Source: Pirellulales bacterium
Lineage (GTDB): Bacteria > Planctomycetota > Planctomycetia > Pirellulales > PALSA-1355
Assembly: GCA_963733035.1 (NCBI GenBank)
Contig: CAVTBU010000004.1
Span: 421,619 to 485,618, forward strand
DNA: 64,000 nucleotides
Direction of reading: 5' to 3'
The translations under genes were made by a program, and so were the position numbers. The notes below the pieces were generated by a model. The model saw only the letters and a program-made list of their open reading frames with translations. It was not told the origin of the DNA and did no database searches. Each line of letters begins with the position of its first letter. The first letter of the stretch is position 1. Shown in pieces: positions 51,235-61,813 of the stretch.

Positions 51235-51521
51235 GTCTGCCTCAGATCCTTCCTAGCAGGTCGCTAAAGGAGTGCTGTGCCCCGAAAAGTGCGCGGAGTC
51301 TAGCAACAGATTTCCGACAGCGTCAATACAAGCCGGGGTGTTCCAAGGCAGACACGCCGGCAGCAAATACATTAGCTATCAGATGGGGAAGACCTCTTGG
51401 CGACCGAGACCCTGTGCGGCTACAATTCGCCCCCCACCCAGTGGTACCGCCAAAAAAGTGCGTTCATCCTCGGCGGAACTGCTAACACGACCAATTGTTC
51501 AACCCGGCAAGGAGGCCGAAA

Positions 51522-52454
51522 GTGGAGCGATTGCTGGTCACTGGAGTCGACACGCTACTGGGAAGCAACCTCGCCCTGGCGCTGGCCGACCGTTGCGAAA
51601 TTCTGGGTCTGTTCGGTAGTCTCGCCGTGCAGGGCGATGGCGTTCAAACTTCCGCCTGGAACCCCGAACAGCCCGAATCGCTGGAGCGCCAGTTTGACGC
51701 CTGGCATCCGCAATGGATCATCCATTGTGGACCATTGGCAGCTTCGAGTTGGGAAGCGACTCCGGACGAGTGGGCGATGCGGCGTGAAGCATCCGTCGTC
51801 GCTAAGTTGACGGAACTTTCGGAGCGGTGGAGCGCGTCGCTGTTGGTGCTCTCAAGCGATGCCGTCTTTACCGGGCCTCGCATGTTCCATGACGAGCAAT
51901 GGCCGGCCTCGAACATGACGGTGCGCTCGACGTGTACCCGGGCGATGGAAAGCGTCGCGGCCGACGGCAATGCGCTGGTCATCCGCACGCACGCCTACGG
52001 CTGGGGCGTCGATGATCGACAGCCTGGATTCGCCGAGCAGGCTTTTCGACTGCTGACCGCTGGCCGCTTTCCGGCCGCGAACGGTCGACGCTACGCAACT
52101 CCGATACTTGCGACCGACCTGACGGAGCCCTTGTGGAGAGCCTACGAGACACGGCTGCGCGGGCTCTATCACCTGGCTGGCGCCGAACGCACGAGCACAC
52201 ATCGCTTCCTATCGGAAATGGCCGCGAGCCTTGGAGGTCCGTTCGCCGCGCCGCTCAACGAAGTGGATGGCGACACGCAATGCCACGAGGAAACGTCCCT
52301 GAGCAGCAAACGTGCTCGACGCATGCTGGCCGTTGCGACACCGATGCTGCGTGACGGTCTGGAGCGATTTGTCGCGCAATCCACGAGCGGTTGGCGTGAT
52401 GCCTGGCGGCACATCGAAAGCGCGCACCCGCTGCCCGAGGCCGCGGCAGCCTGA
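51522..52454 (+). CDS. RmlD-like (dTDP-4-dehydrorhamnose reductase fold) protein, catalytic motif absent
   Basis: LLVTG..LG, P.WIIHC, LSSDAVF.G, ALVIRT..YG, TPI...DL, GLYHLAG.ER.S; GGAGG RBS. Confidence 0.78.
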   Translation: MERLLVTGVDTLLGSNLALALADRCEILGLFGSLAVQGDGVQTSAWNPEQPESLERQFDAWHPQWIIHCGPLAASSWEATPDEWAMRREASVVAKLTELSERWSASLLVLSSDAVFTGPRMFHDEQWPASNMTVRSTCTRAMESVAADGNALVIRTHAYGWGVDDRQPGFAEQAFRLLTAGRFPAANGRRYATPILATDLTEPLWRAYETRLRGLYHLAGAERTSTHRFLSEMAASLGGPFAAPLNEVDGDTQCHEETSLSSKRARRMLAVATPMLRDGLERFVAQSTSGWRDAWRHIESAHPLPEAAAA

Positions 52455-52497
52455 CGCGATTTTGCGACTCGCTCTCGCGAGCGCGGCGCGGAACGCT

Positions 52498-53172
52498 TCA
52501 ACGCGAACGAACAATGCCCAATAGCTCGAAAATTCGCGAATCGGTCAGGCTGTCGGCGACTAGCGCCGAGCCGCTGAAATCGTGCCGGCGACTATGTCCC
52601 CCCGGCACGGCAACGACAATCGCGCCCGCTGCCACTGCCGCGCGACAACCGTTTTGGCTATCTTCCAGAACCAGCATTCGCGAGGGCGGGCAGGCGAGCC
52701 GCTGAGCGGCGAGCAGGTAGATCTCCGGATGTGGCTTCCCGTCACGAATATCGTCGCACGTCAAGACGAACTCAAACCGCGGTGCTAGATCGAAAAAATC
52801 CAACACGCGGCGGACGAAGGTCGGGCCGCTGCTCGTAGCGATTGCCTTGGGTATCTCCGCCCGTTCCAGCGCCTCGAGCAAGCTAGACAGCCCCGGCATC
52901 TGTTCGAGCCGATCGTCCAATAGCGTCGCAAAGATTTCATCCGTTTCGACAACCAACTCCGCAACCGTGCACGCAAGTTGATGGTAGTCAATCATCAACT
53001 GCAGTGCGGCGTTGGCCGGCCGTCCCATCATGGCGTCGAGCAAGTCGGCGTCGAATGTCTTGCCGCGACGGCGCAGCATCTCGCTGCCCACGTCCTGGTA
53101 GAGCTCCTCGGTATTGAACATCAATCCGTCGAGGTCGAAGACGACGGCCTGCGGTCTGGGAAAATCGTTCAT
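52498..53172 (-). CDS. HAD family phosphatase (beta-PGM/CbbY-like)
   Basis: VFDLDGLMFNTE, ATSS, GKPHPEIY, LEDSQNG. Confidence 0.93.
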   Translation of the reverse strand: MNDFPRPQAVVFDLDGLMFNTEELYQDVGSEMLRRRGKTFDADLLDAMMGRPANAALQLMIDYHQLACTVAELVVETDEIFATLLDDRLEQMPGLSSLLEALERAEIPKAIATSSGPTFVRRVLDFFDLAPRFEFVLTCDDIRDGKPHPEIYLLAAQRLACPPSRMLVLEDSQNGCRAAVAAGAIVVAVPGGHSRRHDFSGSALVADSLTDSRIFELLGIVRSR

Positions 53173-53182
53173 GAAATCATGC

Positions 53183-54646
53183 TCACAGTCCCAGACTTCG
53201 TCGATAAGCCGCCTTTTGGCCTGCGGTACCCAAGGTCTCGGTAATCGCTTGCCACTTTTCTGCCGCGTCCCTGAGTGCTTCTTCGGGCGACTTCTCCCGC
53301 AGTAGCACGGCGTGCACGGCCTCGTCGAGAGCCGCCATGTACTGCGCCTCGCCCGGAATCCTAGGCGCGCTTAAATACTGGGCACGATTGAGCGCGTCAT
53401 GCACGCTTGTAGCGTATTGCTGCGCGGCCGCCGCGTCCGTGCCCGGATCGAGCCAGGGTTGCGGAGCTCGAATCTGCGACCGGCGATAGAGTGTTGTCGC
53501 GGGACTGGCACTCGAAACTTTGGGCCCCCATTCGCGTCCGGCAAGCCATGCCAATAGCTGAAATGCATTGGCCGGATGCGCCGCCTTGCCAACGACCGAA
53601 CCCATGCGCCCGGCAAGAGCCAGCACTGGCAAATGCCAATTCTCGTTGTCGCCCCGCTTCTCCCAGGTGTCGTGCACAAAGTTGTAAACCATCGGGGAAC
53701 CAGGCAACTCGGCAAACCCGGTGGAAACGGTGGCCGATGATGACTCGCCCTTTTTCACGCCCAGGTGTCCCGGCCAGGTAATCGCCAGCGCCGCATGCCC
53801 GGCCAAAAATTCGCCCCGCACTGTGTCGGCATCCATTTCGATCTGGCTTGGCGGACCGAGCTGTGCGTCGATCAACAGTTCTTCGAGCGCTCGCACAAAC
53901 GCCGGGCCACCGATCAGCGGCTCCATCGTCTCAATGTCGAACAAGGTGGAAAAGTGATCGCGGTGCTTGGCATACGGGGCCGCCCGCGCCAGCAATACCC
54001 GACCGGCCCAACCGGCTGCCAACGGTTGCAGCGATCCATACCACGGCGTATCGGCCGCTGGTGCGACCGCGCCGAGATTTTCGCGTTGCCCCAGAATTTC
54101 GGCCTGCTCGTGGTATTCCTCCCAACTCCGGGGGGCGCTTTTGTGGCGCGCTTCCAGCAAGTCCGGACGATAGTAGCAGGTGAGCACGGGTGAACCGAAA
54201 GGCACGGCATGCGGCTTGTTCCCCCAGTTCGTCACTGCCACTTGTAAAAGCTCAAACGTATCGGACCAGGCCAGCTCCCGATGGCTGGCAAAGTCGGCCG
54301 GTAGCGGCGCGACCCAACCTCGTTCGACAAGCGTACCTAGCAGCCGTGAAGCATAAATCACGGCGTCCGGCTCGCAAGGCAGCGACTCGCCGGCCAAAAG
54401 TTCTTCCGAGTTCGCCTGAGACAAGACGATGTCCGTGCCCGTCCGCGCTTTCCACTCGGCTTGCAGCTGTTCAATCGCCGCGCTCATTCCCGGGTCGTCG
54501 AGAACCAACAGTCGAAGTTCCTTCGGCCCCTGCGAATGCTTCGCGGTTTCGTCTTCCGCAGTCGGTTTTTCCGCTGCGCAGCCGCATATCAAACTGCACA
54601 GCAGCCCAATCACCGAGAGTTTGCGGGGAATCGATATCAGCTTCAC
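53183..54646 (-). CDS. Sugar ABC-type extracellular solute-binding lipoprotein
   Basis: Lipobox LICG-C; PF...YYR.DLL, P.SWEEY, F..G.AA....W, PRIPG, SPEEAL..AA..W. Confidence 0.8.
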   Translation of the reverse strand: MKLISIPRKLSVIGLLCSLICGCAAEKPTAEDETAKHSQGPKELRLLVLDDPGMSAAIEQLQAEWKARTGTDIVLSQANSEELLAGESLPCEPDAVIYASRLLGTLVERGWVAPLPADFASHRELAWSDTFELLQVAVTNWGNKPHAVPFGSPVLTCYYRPDLLEARHKSAPRSWEEYHEQAEILGQRENLGAVAPAADTPWYGSLQPLAAGWAGRVLLARAAPYAKHRDHFSTLFDIETMEPLIGGPAFVRALEELLIDAQLGPPSQIEMDADTVRGEFLAGHAALAITWPGHLGVKKGESSSATVSTGFAELPGSPMVYNFVHDTWEKRGDNENWHLPVLALAGRMGSVVGKAAHPANAFQLLAWLAGREWGPKVSSASPATTLYRRSQIRAPQPWLDPGTDAAAAQQYATSVHDALNRAQYLSAPRIPGEAQYMAALDEAVHAVLLREKSPEEALRDAAEKWQAITETLGTAGQKAAYRRSLGL

Positions 54647-54860
54647 GGTCCGGTCCCAGAACGCCTCAATTTCGGTCGCCAGTAAACCGCGGCGAGAAGA
54701 TCGTCGCCTCCCTTGCATCGTAGGTTGTGGCCGCGGCGGTGGTCAATCGTGCGGGTTTTCGCCCGGTTGCGAGGCGCGGTGCGCTTCCGTTACAATCCGG
54801 CGACTCCGGCGGTTTCCGCGGCCGCCAGCCAACCTTCACCACACTCGATTCAGCGACTCC

Positions 54861-56396
54861 ATGAGCATCTTTCTGGGCATCGACATCGGCACCTCGGGTA
54901 CGAAAACGCTGGCAATCAACGCGAAGGGAAAAATCTTGGCCGAGGCCACGAGCCTCTATCCCTCGTATCATCCCAGGCCGCTGTGGAGCGAACAGGAACC
55001 AGAAGACTGGTGGCAGGCCACCGTCAAAACCGTGCGGGCGGTCGTCAAGCAGGCGAAGCTCAAACCGGTCGACGTCAAGGCGATTGGCCTGTCGGGCCAG
55101 ATGCACGGCTCGGTGTTTCTCGACAAGCAAAATCGCGTCATTCGCCGCGCGTTGCTCTGGAACGATCAGCGCACCGCGGCCGAATGCGATGAGATGGAAC
55201 GCCGAGCGGGTGGACGCTCCGAGTTGATTCGCATGGTCGCAAATCCGGCGCTCACGGGCTTTACCGCTCCCAAAATTCTCTGGCTGCGGAACCACGAACC
55301 GAAGCACTTCGCCAAGACCGTCAAAGTGTTGTTGCCGAAGGACGACGTGCGACGACGCATGACCGGCCAGTTCGCCACCGACGTCAGCGACGCCAGCGGA
55401 ATGCTGCTGCTCGACGTGGCCAAGCGAGATTGGTCGACCGAGCTGCTCGGCAAGCTTGAACTCGATCGCGATCTGTTTGCCAAATGCTACGAATCGGAAG
55501 ACGTCACCGGCAACCTGACCAAAGAGGCCGCCAAACAGTTAGGGTTGTCGACCGATTGCGTCGTCGTGGGCGGTGCGGGCGATTGCGCCGCCGGCGCCGT
55601 TGGCAATGGAATCGTCAGTCGCGGTACCTTGTCGACCTCGATTGGCACCTCCGGCATCATGTTCGTGCACAGCGATACCGTCGAGGTCGATCCGGCCGGG
55701 CGGCTGCACACGTTTTGCCATGCCGTCCGCGGCAAGTGGCATATGATGGGCGTCAGCCTCTCGGGCGGCGGCTGCCTGCAATGGTTTCGGAACCGTCTGT
55801 GCCAGGCGGAAATTGCCGCGGCCAGGCGGTCAAAGGTCGACCCCTACCAGACGCTAACCGAGGAAGCTGGCAAGATCCAACCCGGGAGCGAGGGACTATT
55901 CTTCCTGCCCTACTTGTCGGGCGAGCGTACACCGCACGCCGATCCCGATGCCCGCGCCTGCTTTATCGGCCTCACGCTCGCCCACACGCGCGGGCACATG
56001 GTCCGCGCTGTGATGGAGGGTGTGAGCTATGCGATGCGCGATAGTTTGGAGATAATTCAGGGGATGGGCGTGCCGGTGCGGCAGATTCGCGCCTCGGGTG
56101 GCGGCTCAAAGAGCCCACTGTGGCGGCAGATCCAAGCGGACGTGTTTGGCCAGAAGGTGGTCACGATCAACGCCGAGGAAGGTCCCGCGTATGGTGTGGC
56201 ACTATTGGCTGCCGTGGGGGCCGGCGCGTTCAAGAACGTGGAAGAGGCCTGTGCGGCCACGATTCGCGTCGTCAAACAGACCGCGCCGAATCGCGCCGCC
56301 AAAAAGCACCACGATGCGGCCTTTCCAATCTACCAAGACCTCTACCGCAGCCTGAAACAGGATTTCAAGAAGATTTCCGCCTTGGAAAGCCGCTAG
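54861..56396 (+). CDS. xylB: Xylulokinase (FGGY family)
   Basis: [49 protein letters not shown]. Confidence 0.93.
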   Translation: MSIFLGIDIGTSGTKTLAINAKGKILAEATSLYPSYHPRPLWSEQEPEDWWQATVKTVRAVVKQAKLKPVDVKAIGLSGQMHGSVFLDKQNRVIRRALLWNDQRTAAECDEMERRAGGRSELIRMVANPALTGFTAPKILWLRNHEPKHFAKTVKVLLPKDDVRRRMTGQFATDVSDASGMLLLDVAKRDWSTELLGKLELDRDLFAKCYESEDVTGNLTKEAAKQLGLSTDCVVVGGAGDCAAGAVGNGIVSRGTLSTSIGTSGIMFVHSDTVEVDPAGRLHTFCHAVRGKWHMMGVSLSGGGCLQWFRNRLCQAEIAAARRSKVDPYQTLTEEAGKIQPGSEGLFFLPYLSGERTPHADPDARACFIGLTLAHTRGHMVRAVMEGVSYAMRDSLEIIQGMGVPVRQIRASGGGSKSPLWRQIQADVFGQKVVTINAEEGPAYGVALLAAVGAGAFKNVEEACAATIRVVKQTAPNRAAKKHHDAAFPIYQDLYRSLKQDFKKISALESR

Positions 56397-56510
56397 AATA
56401 GTCACGCGGCGGGACATCCGAGTGCGCGTGGTCGGCCGCGACGGTCGATGTTTTGCAATCGTTGGCGGTGGCTACCTATCAAAGCGCTGGCCCGCAAAGA
56501 GGAAGGGACG

Positions 56511-57464
56511 ATGCCTGCCCTATATCTGACGGAAGCTGACGTCGAGCGGCTCCTTGATATCAACGTCGCCATCGAAGCCTGCGAAGAGATGTTTCGGCAT
56601 CTGGCCGTGGGCGAAGCCGAGCACATTCCGCGCGCTCGCGTAAAGGCCCCTGGCATTGTGCTGCATACCATGAGTGCCGCGGTCGGCTACCTGAAAATGG
56701 TGGGGTGGAAGAATTACACCACCACGCCGTCGGGCGCGAGATTTCTGGTCGGCCTCCACAGCGATGAAGGCGAATTGTTGGCGCTGATCGAGGCCGACAG
56801 GCTGGGTCAATTTCGAACTGGAGCGGCCACCGGCGTCGCGGTCGAACTGTTGGCCAATCCTGAGGCCACCGAAATGGGCCTGTTCGGCGCCGGTTGGCAA
56901 GCCCAAACTCAACTGTTGGCCGTCGCCCGCACGCGTCCCATCAAAGTTGCCTACGTTTATAGCCGCAATGAGCAAAAGCGAGTCTCGTTCGCCGAGAAGA
57001 TGTCCGCCCTGTTGGGCATCGAGGTGCGGCCCGTCGACCGCCCGCAAGATGCGGCCGAGGAACTGCCGATCGTGGTCACGGCGACGACCAGCCGAGAACC
57101 TGTCTTCGACGGCACTTCGTTGGCCGAGGGAGCACTTGTCTGTGCGATCGGCTCGAATTGGCTCAATCGCGCGGAAATCGACACGACCGTCGTGCGCCGC
57201 GCTGACAACATCGTCTGCGACAGCATCAAGGCCTGCCAGCAGGAAGCGGGCGACTTCGTCGACGCCCTGGAAAAAGGGGTCTTCGATTGGGCTCGAGCGG
57301 TGGAGCTGGCCGACGTGGTCGCCGGACGAGCCACGGGAAGGAACAATCGCGACAGCATCGTTCTGTTCAAGTCGGTTGGCATCGCCCTGGAAGACGTGGC
57401 CGTGGGAGCCAAGCTTCTCGACCTGGCCCGTGTTCACGGCGTCGGCCAGGAACTTCCCTTTTAG
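56511..57464 (+). CDS. Ornithine cyclodeaminase/mu-crystallin family protein
   Basis: RTGAA, GAGWQA..Q, VTATTS..P, AIGSN, FKSVGIALED. Confidence 0.92.
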   Translation: MPALYLTEADVERLLDINVAIEACEEMFRHLAVGEAEHIPRARVKAPGIVLHTMSAAVGYLKMVGWKNYTTTPSGARFLVGLHSDEGELLALIEADRLGQFRTGAATGVAVELLANPEATEMGLFGAGWQAQTQLLAVARTRPIKVAYVYSRNEQKRVSFAEKMSALLGIEVRPVDRPQDAAEELPIVVTATTSREPVFDGTSLAEGALVCAIGSNWLNRAEIDTTVVRRADNIVCDSIKACQQEAGDFVDALEKGVFDWARAVELADVVAGRATGRNNRDSIVLFKSVGIALEDVAVGAKLLDLARVHGVGQELPF

Positions 57465-57476
57465 GATTCGACGCAC

Positions 57477-57836
57477 TCAGTCGCGATGGCGCCGACGGCC
57501 CATCCACAACCCGACAACGAACGCGGCGGCCACGGTACCATAAAACTTCGCGCGGCTGCGCGTGGGTATGAAACGGGTGCTTTCACTGGTCACTTCCAGC
57601 ACCCCCACCGGGCTGGCCGCGGCTCCGCCACCTCCACCGCCTCCTTCGTCATCCCGCTGTTCGTTTTCGCCTTCGCCGCGAGGTTTGCCCGCACCCGCGC
57701 CAAATCCATAGCGAACTTTCGCGATGGGAATAATCGTTTTGCCGGCGGCCTCGATGGGCTCTCCGAAGACGGCCTTGACGCTGGCGCCGCTCTGCAAATG
57801 GTCGGTCCAGGAAGCAAACATGCGGGCAAGATTCAT
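57477..57836 (-). CDS. YtfJ/GerW family protein
   Basis: VFGEPI...GKTIIP.A.V..GFG.G.G, GGGGGGG...PVG. Confidence 0.85.
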   Translation of the reverse strand: MNLARMFASWTDHLQSGASVKAVFGEPIEAAGKTIIPIAKVRYGFGAGAGKPRGEGENEQRDDEGGGGGGGAAASPVGVLEVTSESTRFIPTRSRAKFYGTVAAAFVVGLWMGRRRHRD

Positions 57837-57963
57837 CGCGGCATTCTCCTCCTCTGACGAAGAAATCGCACGCTGCGTGCGAGTCATTGCGTGCGAAATT
57901 CTACGTCGCCGGCGACATTTCGCAAGCTGGCAACGCAAGACCCGATTTCGCCCGCAAAGACCG

Positions 57964-59082
57964 CTAACGTTGACCGACGCCGACCCATTTGCGGGGCGGC
58001 GGACCGGTGTAGTTCGCCCGCGGGCGGATCAACCGATTGTTGTCGAGCTGCTCGATGACATGAGCGCTCCAGCCGACCACGCGGCTGACAACAAACAGCG
58101 GCGTATAGAGGTCGACATCCAGGCCCATGTAGTGGTAGAGCCGGGCGCTCGGCCAATCCAAGTTTGGCGGCAATCCCTTTTCCGTGCGAACGATCGTCTC
58201 GATCGTGTCGGCCATGGCCTCCATGTCCTCGTTACCGGTCTCGGCAGCCAGCTCGCGGCATAGCGTACGCAGATACGCGGCCCGCGGATCTCCCGTCTTG
58301 TAAACCCGGTGGCCAAAGCCCATGATTCGCCGCTTGTTGGCCAGGGCCTCGCGGATCCAGGCCTCCGCCTTGTCGGCAGTGCCTACCTCCTTCAGCACTT
58401 CCATCACGGCTTCATTGGCTCCCCCGTGCAGAGGCCCCTTGAGCGCGCCAATCGCGGCCGTAATGGCCGAGTGCATGTCCGAGAGCGTCGAGCTAACGAC
58501 TCGGGCCGCGAACGTCGAGGCGTTGTATTCGTGCTCGGCATAGAGAATTAACGACACGTCCATGGCCTTGGCAAGCCGTTCCGTCGGCGGCTTCTCAAAC
58601 AGCATCCATAGGATGTTGCCGGCCAACGAAAGCTCGGGGTTGTAGGGCACGGGCTTCTTGCCGGCGGCCAGCCGGTAGCGAGCCGCCATCACGATCGGCA
58701 ACTGGACAAGCAGATGCTCGGCTTTGCGAAGATTCGCTTCGTGATCGTTCTTCGGCGTGTCGGGGTCCCAATGAGCCAGCGCACTGGCGCCGGTCCGCAT
58801 AATGTCCATCATCGCGACGCCCGCGGGAATCTTCGCCAACAAATCGACGAGCGGCTGCGGAATCGAGGCGCTTTCAATCAATCGCTTCCGAAACGCGGCC
58901 AGGGCGTCGGCTTGTGGAAGTTCGCCCTGCAATAACAGCATGGCCACTTCCTCGAACGTGGCATGCTCGGCCAGATCCTCGATCGAATAGCCGCGATACT
59001 GCAATCCGCCGGCAATCGTGCTAATGGCCGTTTCGCCGGCAATCACGCCTTCGAGCCCAGGGCTATAAATGGGTTCCGCCAT
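57964..59082 (-). CDS. prpC: 2-methylcitrate/citrate synthase
   Basis: GLEGV, YRGY, YAEHEYNASTF, GPLHGGANE, MGFGHRVY, DPR, PNLD; follows prpB. Confidence 0.85.
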   Translation of the reverse strand: MAEPIYSPGLEGVIAGETAISTIAGGLQYRGYSIEDLAEHATFEEVAMLLLQGELPQADALAAFRKRLIESASIPQPLVDLLAKIPAGVAMMDIMRTGASALAHWDPDTPKNDHEANLRKAEHLLVQLPIVMAARYRLAAGKKPVPYNPELSLAGNILWMLFEKPPTERLAKAMDVSLILYAEHEYNASTFAARVVSSTLSDMHSAITAAIGALKGPLHGGANEAVMEVLKEVGTADKAEAWIREALANKRRIMGFGHRVYKTGDPRAAYLRTLCRELAAETGNEDMEAMADTIETIVRTEKGLPPNLDWPSARLYHYMGLDVDLYTPLFVVSRVVGWSAHVIEQLDNNRLIRPRANYTGPPPRKWVGVGQR

Positions 59083-59166
59083 CTGCGAACCTTTCAAGTG
59101 TGAAACGGAAATGGACTCGGACGATTGACTTTTCGCACCCAAGATTTAGGTGCGCGCAACCGTTGA

Positions 59167-60051
59167 TCATTCGGCTGAACCGCCGGAAAAATACTCTCGG
59201 TCGCGGGCCTCGTAGTCGCTATATCCTATCAAATCGTAGAGTTCCTGGCGCGATTGCATCAGGTCCAATAACTCCTGCTGCGATCCCTCGGCAGCGATCA
59301 CCGCCAGCGCTGCTTCAACGGCTTTCATGGCCGTTCGCAACAGCGTCACCGGGTAGATTACCGCGGCATATCCCATGTCGGCCAATTCGTCGAGTGTCAG
59401 CAGGGGGCTCTGGCCAAACTCGGTCATGTTGGCTACCAATGGCGCCTCGATGGCCTCGGCAACTTGCTCGAACTCCTGCTTGTTTGCCAGTGCCTCGGGA
59501 AAGATCCAATCGGCACCTGCATCCAGGTAACGTTTGGCTCGCTCGATCGCCTCGGGAAGCCCGGACACGCCCCGCGCGTCGGTCCGTGCGATCAGCACCA
59601 GGTCGATGTCGTCACGTGCCGCGGCGGCGGCGCGAAGCTTGGCACACATTTCCGAGGTCTCGACGATCGTCTTCCCAGACAAGTGCCCACAACGTTTTGG
59701 CAGCACCTGGTCTTCGAGTTGGATGGCAGCCGCACCGGCCGCCTCCAATTCAATGATTGTCCGTTCGACGTTCACCGCGGCGCCGAAACCAGTATCCGCA
59801 TCGACGATCAACGGGATGTCGACGCTGCGCGTAAGATAAGTCGTCTGCTGAGCCAGTTCCGTAAGCGTGAACAGCCCCACGTCCGGCAGCGCCATTGTGC
59901 CCACGGAAAACGCGGCGCCCGAGAGATACATTGCGTCGTAGCCAGACTGCTCGATCATGCGGGCAACCAGCGCGTTGAACGCGCCGGGCACCTGAATGGT
60001 CGAGTCCTCGATCGCGTCACGCAGTTTTCTACCGGCCGATTCTCGCCGCAT
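59167..60051 (-). CDS. prpB: 2-methylisocitrate lyase
   Basis: YLSGA, DADTGFG, EDQVLPKRCGH, ARTDA, FPEA, NMTEFG. Confidence 0.93.
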   Translation of the reverse strand: MRRESAGRKLRDAIEDSTIQVPGAFNALVARMIEQSGYDAMYLSGAAFSVGTMALPDVGLFTLTELAQQTTYLTRSVDIPLIVDADTGFGAAVNVERTIIELEAAGAAAIQLEDQVLPKRCGHLSGKTIVETSEMCAKLRAAAAARDDIDLVLIARTDARGVSGLPEAIERAKRYLDAGADWIFPEALANKQEFEQVAEAIEAPLVANMTEFGQSPLLTLDELADMGYAAVIYPVTLLRTAMKAVEAALAVIAAEGSQQELLDLMQSRQELYDLIGYSDYEARDREYFSGGSAE

Positions 60052-60202
60052 GTATCGTCTCGTTTGCAAGTACGTTGCGTGGTAGCTTCCGCGAATATAG
60101 GGGCCAGGGGAAGACCGACGCAAGGGGGCAGCGCCACACAGCCGCGGCGCAGCTGTGGCAGCCCTGGTGAAGGCCCCCGGCGGAGGTTAGGCTTTACCAT
60201 CT

Positions 60203-61801
60203 ATGGCGCACGAGACTGGCGAGCCTGAACGTGCTACGACCGGCTGGCAGCGCTGGCGGCCGGTGATCGAGATCGCGCTGATCTTCCTGGTGTTCTTCAT
60301 TCACGGCGCTTGGCCGGCGCCTGAAGTCAATGAGCCTCACTACCTCGGCAAGGCCAAGCACTACTGGGACTCGACCTGGTGCCCAAACGACTTCTTTCTT
60401 GGCACTGCAGACGCGCACGAGACGTTCTATTTTGCTTTCGGCTGGCTGACACGGTGGCTGCCGCTGCCTGCGGTGGCCTGGTGCGGACGTGTCCTGACCT
60501 GGGGGCTTTTGGCTTGGAGCTGGCGAAGACTGAGCGTGGCACTCATCGATGGCTGGCTGTATAGCGTGCTCTCGGCAGCAATCTTTGTAGCGCTCAACGC
60601 TCGCTTCCATATGGCCGGCGAATGGGTCGTCGGGGGCGTGGAGGCCAAAGGATTTGCCTACGTACTTGTGTTCCTCGGTTTGGAGGCGCTGGTACGCGAT
60701 CGCTGGGGCAGAGCGCTCATTCTGTTTGGGGCCGCGGCGGCATTTCACGTCATTGTCGGCGGTTGGGCGGTCGTGGCCACCGGCGTTACCTGGCTAACCA
60801 CGCGGCAACGGCCATCGATTGGCACGCTGATTCTGCCAGCGATCGTCGGCGGCGTGCTGTCGCTGGGCGGGTTGTGGCCAGCGCTGGAACTCACCTGGGG
60901 CGTCGATCGCAATATCGTCAACCAGGCGAATCGGCTCTACGTTTACCAGCGACTTGAACATCACCTGCTGCCGGAAGAACTGCCCCCCTGGTTCTTGGTG
61001 CGGCATCTGCTTCTGGTAGTTGCGCTGGTTCCGCTAGTACGAGTAAGTCCACAGATACCACCATTTGTGCGACTGCGCGGCTTCATCGCCGCGGCCGTGG
61101 GAATCGCCGCGGTCGGCCTGTTGTTGAGCCTGCTGATGTGGGCGCAGCCCGACATGGCGGCGGGGCTGTTGCGCTACTATTGGTTTCGCATGTCCGACGT
61201 TATGGTGCCGCTGGGCGCGGCGCTGCTTAGTACTGCGGTCTTGTTTCAATGGCGGCAGATGAATCACCCGTGGTTTGCTACCGGCCTGGCCGCCGCGCTC
61301 CTGGCGTGTGGTCTCCACCTGGGCGACACCATCTGGTATCGCTCGCAGCATCTGACGCCGCGGGCTGATTGGCCGCTGGCGCGCATCGACCTGAACGATT
61401 GGCGTGCCGTGTGTCAATGGGCAGCCGAGGAAACTCCGCCCGACACGGTGTTTCTCGTGCCGCGCATGTCACACACATTCCGTTGGTACAGCGGACGAAG
61501 TGAGGTCGTCACGCGCAAGGATCTGCCGCAAGACGCGGCATCGATCGTCGAATGGTGGCGTCGACTTTCCGACATCTATGGAGCCGACTCGCCATTGCCA
61601 GCCGACTCGCTGGCGCACCTTGGCGCGGAGCGATTGCACGAGCTCGGAGCGAAGTACGGCGCCAACTACGTTATCACGCGCCCCGATCCGGCGCTCGCTC
61701 TGCCGCGCGTTGGCCCCATTACCCGCAGCGCGGCAATCTACCGGTTGTCGGAGGCTCCCACGGCGGGAATAATTGCGCGGCCTTCCACAACGCAGGATTG
61801 A
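60203..61801 (+). CDS. Polytopic membrane protein, DUF6798-like
   Basis: VNEPHYL.K, D.F, EW..GG.EAK..AY, FH...G, RL.HHL.P, F.....R..VV..K..P......EW..R. Confidence 0.7.
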   Translation: MAHETGEPERATTGWQRWRPVIEIALIFLVFFIHGAWPAPEVNEPHYLGKAKHYWDSTWCPNDFFLGTADAHETFYFAFGWLTRWLPLPAVAWCGRVLTWGLLAWSWRRLSVALIDGWLYSVLSAAIFVALNARFHMAGEWVVGGVEAKGFAYVLVFLGLEALVRDRWGRALILFGAAAAFHVIVGGWAVVATGVTWLTTRQRPSIGTLILPAIVGGVLSLGGLWPALELTWGVDRNIVNQANRLYVYQRLEHHLLPEELPPWFLVRHLLLVVALVPLVRVSPQIPPFVRLRGFIAAAVGIAAVGLLLSLLMWAQPDMAAGLLRYYWFRMSDVMVPLGAALLSTAVLFQWRQMNHPWFATGLAAALLACGLHLGDTIWYRSQHLTPRADWPLARIDLNDWRAVCQWAAEETPPDTVFLVPRMSHTFRWYSGRSEVVTRKDLPQDAASIVEWWRRLSDIYGADSPLPADSLAHLGAERLHELGAKYGANYVITRPDPALALPRVGPITRSAAIYRLSEAPTAGIIARPSTTQD

Positions 61802-61813
61802 GGTGTCACGCCC

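Noticed and set aside
54429..54860. N-terminal extensions in the ORF track (xylB, eutB, glgX, CtBP-like, cytochrome)
   Set aside because: Extensions overlap neighbours or promoters; family homology starts at the downstream starts used here.
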